Below, in pieces: positions 34,654 to 43,066 of a DNA stretch of 43,329 bases. The notes under the pieces were generated by a model, which saw only the letters and a program-made list of their open reading frames with translations, was not told the origin of the DNA and did not search any database. The translations under genes were made by a program, and so were the position numbers. Position 1 is the stretch's first letter. Every line of letters begins with the position of its first letter. The stretch comes from an uncultured Patescibacteria group bacterium (GTDB taxonomy: Bacteria; Patescibacteriota; Microgenomatia; UBA10105; UBA927), in assembly GCA_937921305.1 (NCBI GenBank), contig CAKZSU010000007.1, positions 1 to 43,329 of the forward strand. The letters are read 5' to 3'.

Positions 34654-34950
34654 TTATTGAACAATTGCCAAAATGTCTTTTTGTTCAACGATCATCCATT
34701 CTTCTCCTTGAACTTTTACTTCATTTCCTCCCCACTTTTTATACATAACCTTCTGTCCAACTTTGACCACCATCGGAATCGTTTTTCCGTGTTCATCAAC
34801 CGCACCGGGACCAACCGCCATAACTTCTCCCATCTGCGGTTTATCCTTAGCGGTATCAGGAAGAACAATTCCCGACGGAAGCATATCCTCCGCCTTGGAA
34901 GGTTTAATTAATACATGATCAAATAGTGGCTGTATGTTTATTGTTGCCAT
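34654..34950 (-). CDS. groS: Co-chaperonin GroES (Cpn10)
   Basis: 98 aa. IQPLFDHVLIKP...GIVLPDTAKDKPQMGEVMAVGPG. AAAGGAGG SD. Confidence 0.95.
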   Translation of the reverse strand: MATINIQPLFDHVLIKPSKAEDMLPSGIVLPDTAKDKPQMGEVMAVGPGAVDEHGKTIPMVVKVGQKVMYKKWGGNEVKVQGEEWMIVEQKDILAIVQ

Positions 34951-34969
34951 ACAAACCTCCTTTCTGTGT

Positions 34970-34987
34970 AAACAGTTGACACTGTTT
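34970..34987 (-). promoter_or_regulatory. Perfect inverted repeat AAACAGT-N4-ACTGTTT in the groES leader, just upstream of the SD
   Basis: Read directly: 7-bp arms with a 4-nt spacer, about 20 nt upstream of the groES ATG. The function is unknown; it could be an RNA hairpin or a second operator. Confidence 0.35.
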
Positions 34988-35058
34988 CATTTGGATTTAT
35001 GAATGCGATTTTTTACCGACTCTTTATTGCCTCAATACATTACATTATTATGGGCAAG

Positions 35059-35085
35059 TTAGCAATCTCTTGAAGCAAGTGCTAT
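35059..35085 (-). promoter_or_regulatory. CIRCE-like operator (HrcA site) TTAGCAATC-N9-AAGTGCTAT
   Basis: It matches the CIRCE consensus TTAGCACTC-N9-GAGTGCTAA at 15 of 18 arm positions, with the canonical 9-nt spacer. It lies about 110 nt upstream of groES. It overlaps a possible -35 (TTGCTA, 35065-35060, 17 nt from TAATGT at 35042-35037) and the stop codon of the upstream gene. Confidence 0.6.
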
Positions 35086-36002
35086 TTTAGCGATCGAAGA
35101 AATCGTCTGTCAAGAGGGATTTTGCACTTCCTGAGTAAGGAAATATACCTTTGTTTTATGAACGCTCGAGTATCCTTTGGATGAAATCGAAGCATACCGT
35201 CAGTAATTTTCTCTGTAGTTTTATGCCGTCGCATATACCAAAGCTGCATGTGCTTCACTGGATATTCAAATAACCGAACCAACGCAATAAAAATATCGCT
35301 AAGAGCACAAATTGTTCTATTTTTCCTATCATTGAAATCCTTGTAAGCAACCATATTCTGTTGCCACGCGTAATAGAGATATCGTTGAACCCACGCGTTT
35401 TCACGAAGAAACACTTGATACACATTTCTTTTATTTACCAGGGGAATCATCTGAAGCACTTCATGAGCGCTATACAAATCTCGTTCCTCATGCGGAAGAT
35501 CAAGATTGTTGGAGTCCATAATCATATTCACACAAATTAAATTTTTCACATGTGTGTCTCCAAACTTTCTCCGTTTGCCAAGGAGTTCAAGAACGCAAAG
35601 CGTTAATAACCGAGTAATCCATAATACGCGCGGAGCAGAAATGATAAAAACATCTATATCATCGTCTGGATCCGCGTTATTCATCGCAAGTCCGCCGCTT
35701 ACACCAACCAGAAGAATTGTTGGAATATATGAAAGCGTTTTTGCGACACGATTCGCGATGCGCATTTTCTCCTGAGAAGCATGAAAACGCTGTTTTCTTT
35801 GACGAACATGATCTTTTATGCGAGATAACCCAAAGTATCCTTCATGACACTGAGCAACCCTTCGCAACAACGCAAGCGAAGCAGTATCTTTTTCTGTATC
35901 AGTAATCAACCATCTCTGTAATTCTTCATGCGTCAAGGGATAATCAAAGAGATGCGCGTACGCAAGCGTCGCGATAACGGACTGACGAACTGTCCATGTC
36001 AT
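35082..36002 (-). CDS. Nucleotidyltransferase-fold (Pol-beta superfamily) domain protein, function unknown
   Basis: 306 aa. GVSGGLAMNNADPDDDIDVFIISA fits the G-S/G...D-x-D NTase signature. There are helical regions on both sides. Confidence 0.5.
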   Translation of the reverse strand: MTWTVRQSVIATLAYAHLFDYPLTHEELQRWLITDTEKDTASLALLRRVAQCHEGYFGLSRIKDHVRQRKQRFHASQEKMRIANRVAKTLSYIPTILLVGVSGGLAMNNADPDDDIDVFIISAPRVLWITRLLTLCVLELLGKRRKFGDTHVKNLICVNMIMDSNNLDLPHEERDLYSAHEVLQMIPLVNKRNVYQVFLRENAWVQRYLYYAWQQNMVAYKDFNDRKNRTICALSDIFIALVRLFEYPVKHMQLWYMRRHKTTEKITDGMLRFHPKDTRAFIKQRYISLLRKCKIPLDRRFLRSLK

Positions 36003-36011
36003 GAAGTTATC

Positions 36012-37802
36012 CTATCGAGGAGATCCACCGCCAATTAAACCATATGACGATAACACTTGCTGAAACCCTTTCGCCATCGTGTCTAACGCTTGAGACGGCG
36101 GAACGCTTTTATCCAAACTATTCACCGCGTCGATCATGTATTGAATCATTCGATCATTAATCCCATTATCATGCGTTAATGACGCAAGAGGAAACGACCG
36201 GGCGTTCGGCGCTTGTCGGATAAACACTCCGACAAACGGATCTGATTCTACAGTATTAGCAAGCTCAACCAACGCGTACGGCTCGCCAAAAAGACGTTGC
36301 TTTGACGCTTCGGTATATAACTTTATAACCGATTCTTTGCTTGTAATGTACTGCAAAAACCTCATTGCCTGTTTTTTGTGCTTGCTTTTACTGGAAACTC
36401 CTTCGACCCAATACGAAGCCCATGTCACGGTGTTTCCAGGCAACTGAGGAACTGGCTCTATACGAAATCGAAGAGAAGGATTAATTTCTTTAATATCAAA
36501 CACCCGCCACGATGGAGCGAAGATCATAGCTACCCGTCCATTCGCAAACGAAACAATCGAATTGTCGAGGAGGCTGTTCCATGTGTAAAGTGGATCAGTT
36601 GGATTCGCAAATTTTTTGTAAAATAAGAGGGCTTCCTCTGCCTCTCTTCCCGTCGGATTTGTAAGCCTCACCCCATTTTGCATCATCATAAGCGCAAGAA
36701 TATCGCTGAAGTGCTCAACATTATTGGTTGTCCCCAACGCGATCGCCGAAGTAATGATCGTATTGCCATCCTTTACGGTAAGCAAAGGAACAACCGCCAA
36801 TAAATCCTCATACGTTTGAGGCGGTGTCAATCCAGCTGCGGAAAATATATCGTCATTTACATATAATCCAAGTCCATCAATCATGATCGGTATTCCCCAT
36901 AGCGTTGAACCGGCAAGAAGATCTTGCGCGGCAACTTTATAAAACTGAGACGTGAATTGACTCGGACTCACAACATCAGCAGGTATCGGTTCAATTTCAT
37001 TCTTTAACATTGGCACCCATGTAGCATGAAAACGAAACACATCGGGACCGTCTCCTCTATTAATCGCGGCTTGCAATCGCTCTCGATACTGTCTGTGACT
37101 CTGTTTTGTGTATCGAACTTTGATCGTTGGATTTTGAGATTCAAATTCAGCAATCACTGGAGCGACTATTTCAGGGTTTTCCCACAATCCCCAATACTGA
37201 ATCGTTACTTCTTGACGATCTTGAATCATCCGAAGTCCAAACATACCAGCCGCGCCAATACCGCCAAGAACAAAAAGAATAATTAAGATTATTAGGATCT
37301 TTTTTCCAAATCCGCGAGACGGCTTTTGCTGAAATTGAGAAGCGTCGTTTGGCGGTTGCATTGTTGGCGGAGCGCCGCCGTTAGAAACATCCGCTTTCGC
37401 CTGATCAACATTCGGCATAAGTCCCTGTGGAATATACCCTTGCGGAAGTATATCGTTATTTAATGGAGGAATCGGATTTTCAGGAAGAACCTGAGATGGC
37501 ATTGCTGACGTATCACCTTGAGGAAGTGAGATATTTTCAGGCGTTTCTTCAACAACAACAGTCTGATGCAACGGCAACGATGAGGACTGAGTTTGCGATA
37601 CTTGAGAAGACAAATCGGAAGGATCAGGAAACACATTGGCACTTGAAAAATCTTGAGAAGGCATACTGGATGGCGGCGGAGAAGATGGAGCATCAAACGG
37701 TTCGATATCGGGTATAACAAACGTTCCAGACGGAGAATCAGAAGAAGGATTTTGTGCATCGTTTGGTGGTGTATTTTGATCGTTTATCCCCATATAATAC
37801 AT
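36012..37802 (-). CDS. Membrane-anchored extracellular solute-binding protein (family 1 SBP-like) with about 167-aa Pro/Ser/Gln-rich N-terminal region
   Basis: aa 1-167 are low-complexity P/S/Q with no predicted fold. A TM helix spans aa 168-190 (ILIILIILFVLGGIGAAGMFGL), preceded by KPSRGFGKK. An SBP-like domain follows (IQYWGLWENPEIVAPVIAEFESQNPTIKVRYTKQ...). No permease or ATPase is adjacent. Confidence 0.6.
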   Translation of the reverse strand: MYYMGINDQNTPPNDAQNPSSDSPSGTFVIPDIEPFDAPSSPPPSSMPSQDFSSANVFPDPSDLSSQVSQTQSSSLPLHQTVVVEETPENISLPQGDTSAMPSQVLPENPIPPLNNDILPQGYIPQGLMPNVDQAKADVSNGGAPPTMQPPNDASQFQQKPSRGFGKKILIILIILFVLGGIGAAGMFGLRMIQDRQEVTIQYWGLWENPEIVAPVIAEFESQNPTIKVRYTKQSHRQYRERLQAAINRGDGPDVFRFHATWVPMLKNEIEPIPADVVSPSQFTSQFYKVAAQDLLAGSTLWGIPIMIDGLGLYVNDDIFSAAGLTPPQTYEDLLAVVPLLTVKDGNTIITSAIALGTTNNVEHFSDILALMMMQNGVRLTNPTGREAEEALLFYKKFANPTDPLYTWNSLLDNSIVSFANGRVAMIFAPSWRVFDIKEINPSLRFRIEPVPQLPGNTVTWASYWVEGVSSKSKHKKQAMRFLQYITSKESVIKLYTEASKQRLFGEPYALVELANTVESDPFVGVFIRQAPNARSFPLASLTHDNGINDRMIQYMIDAVNSLDKSVPPSQALDTMAKGFQQVLSSYGLIGGGSPR

Positions 37803-37823
37803 CTACTATAAAACAACAATATT

Positions 37824-39245
37824 ATGAGAATCAACCATAATAACCATAAAAGAATATTTCATCTAGGAAGAGATATAACACTCTCAACAATAGTTCTTAT
37901 CTTGCTTGTTTCGTTTCTTATAATCACAATCACCATTGCCCGCGTATGGCATCTTGATACGCAATATAAAGAAAAGATATACCCAAATGTATTTATAAAC
38001 AATCAGTATATTGGCGGAATAAACCAAGAAGAACTTCGCTCAATGTGGGAATCAAGAAACATTCCATACAAAGAAGCCATCTTTGAATTTCAGTTAGACT
38101 CCACGATTGCCACAGTTTCTGGACAAGAATTAGACATTGGTTACGACGCTGAACTTATCACGCGGCAAGCGTATCTTGTTGGACGATCAGGAAACATATT
38201 TTCAGACACTTATACAAAAATCTTTCAAAAACCTATCCATATCACACCATACTTTCGATGGGATAAAGCAGCGTTGAGAGAAATGCTGGAACCGCTTACG
38301 GAAAAAGTATTCGTTCCACCGCAAGACGCTCGGTTCACATTTACCGATGGAAAAGTGGTAGAATTTAAACCAGCGTCTCCGGGAAGAAGATTAAATATAG
38401 AAGTCGTCGAGATTCAATTTGAAAATCTTCTTCGGGATATTCCTTATTTAGAGAATAACCGATTCGCTATCCCTCTTGCCATTGACGCGATTCACCCGTC
38501 AATAACAACGGAAAAGACTAATACTTTTGGCATCAAAGAACGGATCGGCGTTGGGCATTCGGAATTCGCCGGTTCAATTCCAAGCAGAGTGCACAATATT
38601 GAACTTTCTGCACGGAAAATGCATGGCGTTCTCGTTCCCCCGGGAAATATTATCTCCTACAACAAGCTCATGGGGGATATCTCGCAAGCAACTGGATGGC
38701 AACCGGCGTACATCATCAAAAACGGAAGAACGGTTCTCGGCGATGGAGGAGGAGTCTGTCAAGGGTCGACAACGCTCTTTCGCGCGGCGCTAAACGCTGG
38801 ACTTCCTATTATTGAACGCCAACCGCACGCGTATCGCGTGCAATACTATGAGCAGGGCGGATTCAAACCTGGACTAGACGCGACCGTGTACGCGCCGTCT
38901 GTAGATTTAAAAATCAAAAACGACACTCCATCTCACATTCTTATTCAAGCGACTGTTGATAAATCGCGATCAACACTCACGATAGAACTCTATGGAACAA
39001 AAGACGGCAGAAAAGCAGAGATACTCAACCATCAAATCCTGAGCCAAACCCCTCCCCCACTTCCTCTCTATCAAGAAGACCCGATGCTTCCCCGAGGCGT
39101 CACAAAACAAGTTGATTGGGCGGCGTGGGGCGCACGAACGGTCTTTACCTATAGAGTCACTCGGGGCGATGATATTCTTCAGAATAAAGAATTTGTTTCA
39201 GTCTACCGGCCATGGAGAGCAATTTACCTTGTGGGAACGCAATAG
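37824..39245 (+). CDS. VanW family protein
   Basis: N-terminal TM anchor. The C-terminal VanW core is GGGVCQGSTTLFRAALNAGLPIIERQPHAY. 473 aa. Confidence 0.85.
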   Translation: MRINHNNHKRIFHLGRDITLSTIVLILLVSFLIITITIARVWHLDTQYKEKIYPNVFINNQYIGGINQEELRSMWESRNIPYKEAIFEFQLDSTIATVSGQELDIGYDAELITRQAYLVGRSGNIFSDTYTKIFQKPIHITPYFRWDKAALREMLEPLTEKVFVPPQDARFTFTDGKVVEFKPASPGRRLNIEVVEIQFENLLRDIPYLENNRFAIPLAIDAIHPSITTEKTNTFGIKERIGVGHSEFAGSIPSRVHNIELSARKMHGVLVPPGNIISYNKLMGDISQATGWQPAYIIKNGRTVLGDGGGVCQGSTTLFRAALNAGLPIIERQPHAYRVQYYEQGGFKPGLDATVYAPSVDLKIKNDTPSHILIQATVDKSRSTLTIELYGTKDGRKAEILNHQILSQTPPPLPLYQEDPMLPRGVTKQVDWAAWGARTVFTYRVTRGDDILQNKEFVSVYRPWRAIYLVGTQ

Positions 39246-39249
39246 CGCC

Positions 39250-39278
39250 TTGCGCGAACTGTAAAACACCTGTATAGT
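39250..39278 (+). promoter_or_regulatory. Sigma70-like promoter TTGCGC-17 nt-TATAGT ending 7 nt before the ATG (leaderless mRNA candidate)
   Basis: TTGCGC at 39250-39255, an exactly 17-nt spacer, TATAGT at 39273-39278, then CTCACCC and the ATG at 39286. No SD. Confidence 0.55.
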
Positions 39279-39285
39279 CTCACCC

Positions 39286-39747
39286 ATGTCAACTGAACAC
39301 ACCAAACAATATCAGCATCGGAAACAAAAAGAACGCGTTGTCCTTGTCGGCGGATGTTTTGATATGCTTCACTACGGACATATTATGTTTCTCATACAAG
39401 CAAAAACATTTGGAGATCGCCTCATTGTCGCGTTGGAATCTGATGAAAATGTGAGAAGACGGAAAGGTCCGCTTCGTCCGATTCATACGCAAGAACAACG
39501 GAAAATTATGTTGGAATCTCTCACCGTTGTTGATGAAGTCCTCATGCTCCCAACCATGACGCAAGACAGTGATTATGAACAATTAGTAAACGATATCCGT
39601 CCGTCAATCATCGCCGCGACAGAAGGAGACCCATATCTTTCGCATAAGAAAAAACAGGCAGAGAAAATCAACACGAAAGTCATTGAAATTCCAAAGATTC
39701 ACACGCCATCAACCTCTCAACTCGCGAAACTTATTGGTTTGGAATAA
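39286..39747 (+). CDS. Cytidylyl/adenylyltransferase family protein (RfaE/HldE domain II-like)
   Basis: GGCFDMLHYGH (HxGH), GDRLIVALESDENVRRRKG..RPI..QEQR and VDEV parallel the HldE C-terminal adenylyltransferase domain as I recall it. 153 aa. The substrate is not assignable. Confidence 0.7.
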   Translation: MSTEHTKQYQHRKQKERVVLVGGCFDMLHYGHIMFLIQAKTFGDRLIVALESDENVRRRKGPLRPIHTQEQRKIMLESLTVVDEVLMLPTMTQDSDYEQLVNDIRPSIIAATEGDPYLSHKKKQAEKINTKVIEIPKIHTPSTSQLAKLIGLE

Positions 39748-39756
39748 TATATCACC

Positions 39757-40758
39757 ATGAAAATCCTTGCCATAGAAACATCGTTTGATGAAACCGCCAT
39801 CGCGATTGTTCAAGATGGAACGCACGTTCTTTTTCAGCTCCTTACTTCTTCTTCGTCTCTGCATGAATCCTTCGGCGGCGTTCTTCCAGAACTCGCCGCA
39901 CGAAAACAAGTCGAATATATCATCCCAATGCTTTCAGAAACATTCAAGCACCACCCGCTCTCATCAATTGACGCGATCGCGGTAACCATTGGCCCGGGAT
40001 TAATTGGCTCTCTTCTTGTCGGCGTTGAAGCCGCGAAAACTATCGCGTTTATCGCGAATAAACCAATTATTCCTGTCAATCATGTCCACGCGCATATCTA
40101 CGCAAATTTCATTAAACAAGAGAGACAATCAACGCCAGAGATTGAATTTCCAGCGCTGGCGCTCGTTGTTTCTGGCGGTCACACAGAACTGTTTTATATG
40201 CAAACCGCATCATCGCTTGCATGGCTTGGCGGGACAATAGACGACGCCGCAGGAGAAGCGTTTGACAAAACAGCTCGACTCTTAGGGTTTGGCAATCGAG
40301 GAGGAAAAGCGATCGAAGAAGCGGCAAGGCGCTATGCCCCATCAAAAAGATTGACTCGTCCATCGCTTCCTCGACCACTTGTAAGAGATGACACCTTATC
40401 ATTTTCGTTTAGCGGTTTGAAAACAGCCGTGCTTCGCGAATGGGAAAAGGAAATCTACGAAGTCAACGCGTTTGCATATGAAATTCAAGAAGCCATTACC
40501 GATGCGCTTGTTGAAAAAACCCTCAAGGCGACAAAAAATTACCCCGCAAAAACAATTCTTCTTTCAGGAGGCGTCGCGGCGAATGAACGCCTGCGAGAAA
40601 AATTTGCTGAGCGATCGCCGATTCCTTTTGTTTTTCCTCCAAAAGAATTCTGCACAGACAACGCCGTCATGATCGGGGCAGCCGCTTCCTTTATCGGAAC
40701 GCCAACAGAATGGCGATATGTGGAGGCAATGCCAGACTTGCCCGTGGAAACAGATTGA
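39757..40758 (+). CDS. tsaD: tRNA N6-adenosine threonylcarbamoyltransferase TsaD
   Basis: MKILAIETSFDETAIAIV, metal site VNHVHAHI, VSGGHTEL and LSGGVAAN. 333 aa. TAATAT at 39745-39750 lies 6 nt before the ATG. Confidence 0.93.
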   Translation: MKILAIETSFDETAIAIVQDGTHVLFQLLTSSSSLHESFGGVLPELAARKQVEYIIPMLSETFKHHPLSSIDAIAVTIGPGLIGSLLVGVEAAKTIAFIANKPIIPVNHVHAHIYANFIKQERQSTPEIEFPALALVVSGGHTELFYMQTASSLAWLGGTIDDAAGEAFDKTARLLGFGNRGGKAIEEAARRYAPSKRLTRPSLPRPLVRDDTLSFSFSGLKTAVLREWEKEIYEVNAFAYEIQEAITDALVEKTLKATKNYPAKTILLSGGVAANERLREKFAERSPIPFVFPPKEFCTDNAVMIGAAASFIGTPTEWRYVEAMPDLPVETD

Positions 40759-40762
40759 TTTC

Positions 40763-40792
40763 TTGCCTAAAACGCGATCTCTCAAGTACAAT
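40763..40792 (+). promoter_or_regulatory. Candidate promoter TTGCCT-18 nt-TACAAT ending 6 nt before the valS ATG (leaderless candidate)
   Basis: TTGCCT at 40763-40768, TACAAT at 40787-40792, then ACCACC and the ATG at 40799. It lies wholly in the 40-nt tsaD-valS gap. No SD. Confidence 0.45.
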
Positions 40793-40798
40793 ACCACC

Positions 40799-43060
40799 AT
40801 GGAAAAAACATATAATGCACAAGCGTTTGAAACACGCATCTATAAACTGTGGGAAAACGCAAACGCATTCACTCCTTCTTCAGAAAAAGACGCAAAACCA
40901 TTTACGATCATCATGCCGCCCCCAAATGCGAATGATCCGCTTCACATCGGTCACGCGATGTTTTTAACTGTTGAGGATATATTCATCCGTTATCATCGCA
41001 TGAAAGGAGACGCGACCCTTTGGCTCCCCGGCGCTGATCACGCGGGTATCGAAACGCAATTTGTGTTTGAAAAAAAACTCAAAAAAGAAGGAAAAAGCCG
41101 ATTTGATTTTGACAGACACACCCTCTTTCAGATGATCTGGACATATGTGCAAGAAAACAAAGATATCGCAGTGAATCAAATGAAAGCCATCGGCGCATCA
41201 GCGGATTGGTCCCGCTTTTGTTTTACGCTTGATCCAAAGATCGTAACACTCGTTCTTCAAAACTTTATGCGGCTTCACGAAAAAGGACTCATCTATCGAG
41301 ACCTCCGACTTATAAATTATTGCACGAAATGCGGAACAGGATATTCTGAACTCGAAGCAAAACACGAAGAACGAATTGATCCATTTATCTATATTCGATA
41401 TGGACCATTCACCATCGGCACGGTTCGGCCGGAAACAAAATTCCGCGACACCGCACTCGCAGTACACGCGCATGATCCGCGATATAAAGATCACATTGGA
41501 AAAACCTACGAGATCCAAGGACTTCTTGGACCAATAAGAATGACTGTTATTTCAGATCCCGATGTTGATCCTGCATTTGGGACGGGCATTATGAAAGTCA
41601 CACCAGCCCATGATCCACACGACTTTGAGCTTGGAAAGCGATATAAACTTCCCATAACGCCGATCATTGACTTTTCTGGACGAATGGATTTTTCGTGGTA
41701 TATCAACGATCCGTCATTCTCAACAAAACTGAAAAAATATCAAGAACGCGCAAAACAGTATCACGGCATGCCCGTGGCAAAAGCGCGCGCACTCATAATT
41801 GAGCACCTCAAAGAAGACGGACTTCTTGAAAAAATCGACACATCATACAAACACACGGTGGCAACCTGTTATCGATGTGGAAATGTCTTGGAACCACTTC
41901 CGCTTCCGCAATTCTTTCTGAAGGTGTCGCCGCTTACGAAAAAAGTCATTCATCATATTAAAGAGAAAAAAGTTCGCATCCATGGACCTGGCTATGACAA
42001 AATCCTTCTCCACTGGCTCAAGAATCTCAAAGACTGGAATATCAGTCGCCAAATCGTGTGGGGCATTCGCATTCCTGCCTGGTATTCTGTCCGAGACAAT
42101 CCCACGATGCGCGTCACCTTTTTGACAAAAGAAGACGCATTGATTTCCGGCGAAATCAAAGATCTTTTGCAAACATACTCGCTGAATGAAATACGAACTG
42201 GTCTTCAAACGCTCTCCGCTCCTGTTTCCGCTTCCTATGTTGTTTCGGACACATCGCCTGGAGAAGACTATTTGCAAGAAACCGACACCTTCGACACATG
42301 GTTTTCATCCGGCCAATGGCCGTTCATTACACTGCAATCTTTGGGAATAAACGACTACGAACGGTTCTATCCTACCCAAATTATGGAAACTGCATACGAC
42401 ATCCTCATTTTCTGGGTTATGCGGATGCTGATGCTTGGAATTGAGCTGACTGGAACAGTGCCATTTTCCGATGTGTATCTTCATGGACTGGTGCGAGATG
42501 AAAAAGGACAGAAGATGAGTAAAAGCAAAGGCAATGTGATTAACCCGATGGATGTGATCGAAAAATACGGCGCAGACGCGCTGAGGATGGCGCTTGTCAT
42601 GAGCACCACAGCGGGAAAAGATTCAAACACGGGAGAAGACAAAATACGAGGCATGAGAAACTTCACAAATAAAATTTGGAACGCGGCGAGGTATATCGCG
42701 ATGCAATCACAACAACCAACTGCAAACAACCAATTGCAAAAAAAAGGAGATAAAATATTTCAAAAGCATGTTAACGCTATCATTAAGACAATGACCAAAC
42801 AACTTGACGCGTTAAGGCCAGGCCTTGCGGCAGAAACAGTCTATCAAGAATTTTGGTATTATTTTTGCGATGTCGCGATTGAGGAGCACAAAAAAGGCAC
42901 TATTTCTTTTCCAGCTCTGCTTAATGGATTTAAAACATTCTTAAAACTCCTTCATCCATTTGTTCCGTTTGTCACTGAAGGTATATGGCAGGAACTTAAA
43001 GACAAAAATGAATCGCTTTTAATTACCGCAAGTTGGCCAAAGATTGCGAATAATACATGA
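40799..43060 (+). CDS. valS: Valine--tRNA ligase, short form (753 aa) lacking the C-terminal coiled-coil
   Basis: HIGH (PLHIGHA), KMSKS and editing-domain motifs TVRPETKFRDTALAVH and GTGIMKVTPAHDPHDFELG. I chose the ATG at 40799 (MEKTYNAQAFE...). The track ORF start at 40718 overlaps tsaD. Confidence 0.93.
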   Translation: MEKTYNAQAFETRIYKLWENANAFTPSSEKDAKPFTIIMPPPNANDPLHIGHAMFLTVEDIFIRYHRMKGDATLWLPGADHAGIETQFVFEKKLKKEGKSRFDFDRHTLFQMIWTYVQENKDIAVNQMKAIGASADWSRFCFTLDPKIVTLVLQNFMRLHEKGLIYRDLRLINYCTKCGTGYSELEAKHEERIDPFIYIRYGPFTIGTVRPETKFRDTALAVHAHDPRYKDHIGKTYEIQGLLGPIRMTVISDPDVDPAFGTGIMKVTPAHDPHDFELGKRYKLPITPIIDFSGRMDFSWYINDPSFSTKLKKYQERAKQYHGMPVAKARALIIEHLKEDGLLEKIDTSYKHTVATCYRCGNVLEPLPLPQFFLKVSPLTKKVIHHIKEKKVRIHGPGYDKILLHWLKNLKDWNISRQIVWGIRIPAWYSVRDNPTMRVTFLTKEDALISGEIKDLLQTYSLNEIRTGLQTLSAPVSASYVVSDTSPGEDYLQETDTFDTWFSSGQWPFITLQSLGINDYERFYPTQIMETAYDILIFWVMRMLMLGIELTGTVPFSDVYLHGLVRDEKGQKMSKSKGNVINPMDVIEKYGADALRMALVMSTTAGKDSNTGEDKIRGMRNFTNKIWNAARYIAMQSQQPTANNQLQKKGDKIFQKHVNAIIKTMTKQLDALRPGLAAETVYQEFWYYFCDVAIEEHKKGTISFPALLNGFKTFLKLLHPFVPFVTEGIWQELKDKNESLLITASWPKIANNT

Positions 43061-43066
43061 TAATCA

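Noticed and set aside
40718-40798. N-terminal extensions of track ORFs into upstream genes: valS from 40718, GT4-2 from 1401, guaA from 15349, nrdJ from 10367 and GT2 from 3618.
   Set aside because: The extensions overlap the preceding gene or begin at GTG/TTG. The downstream ATGs give canonical protein N-termini, and they either make ATGA overlaps or have an SD or -10 box at the right distance.
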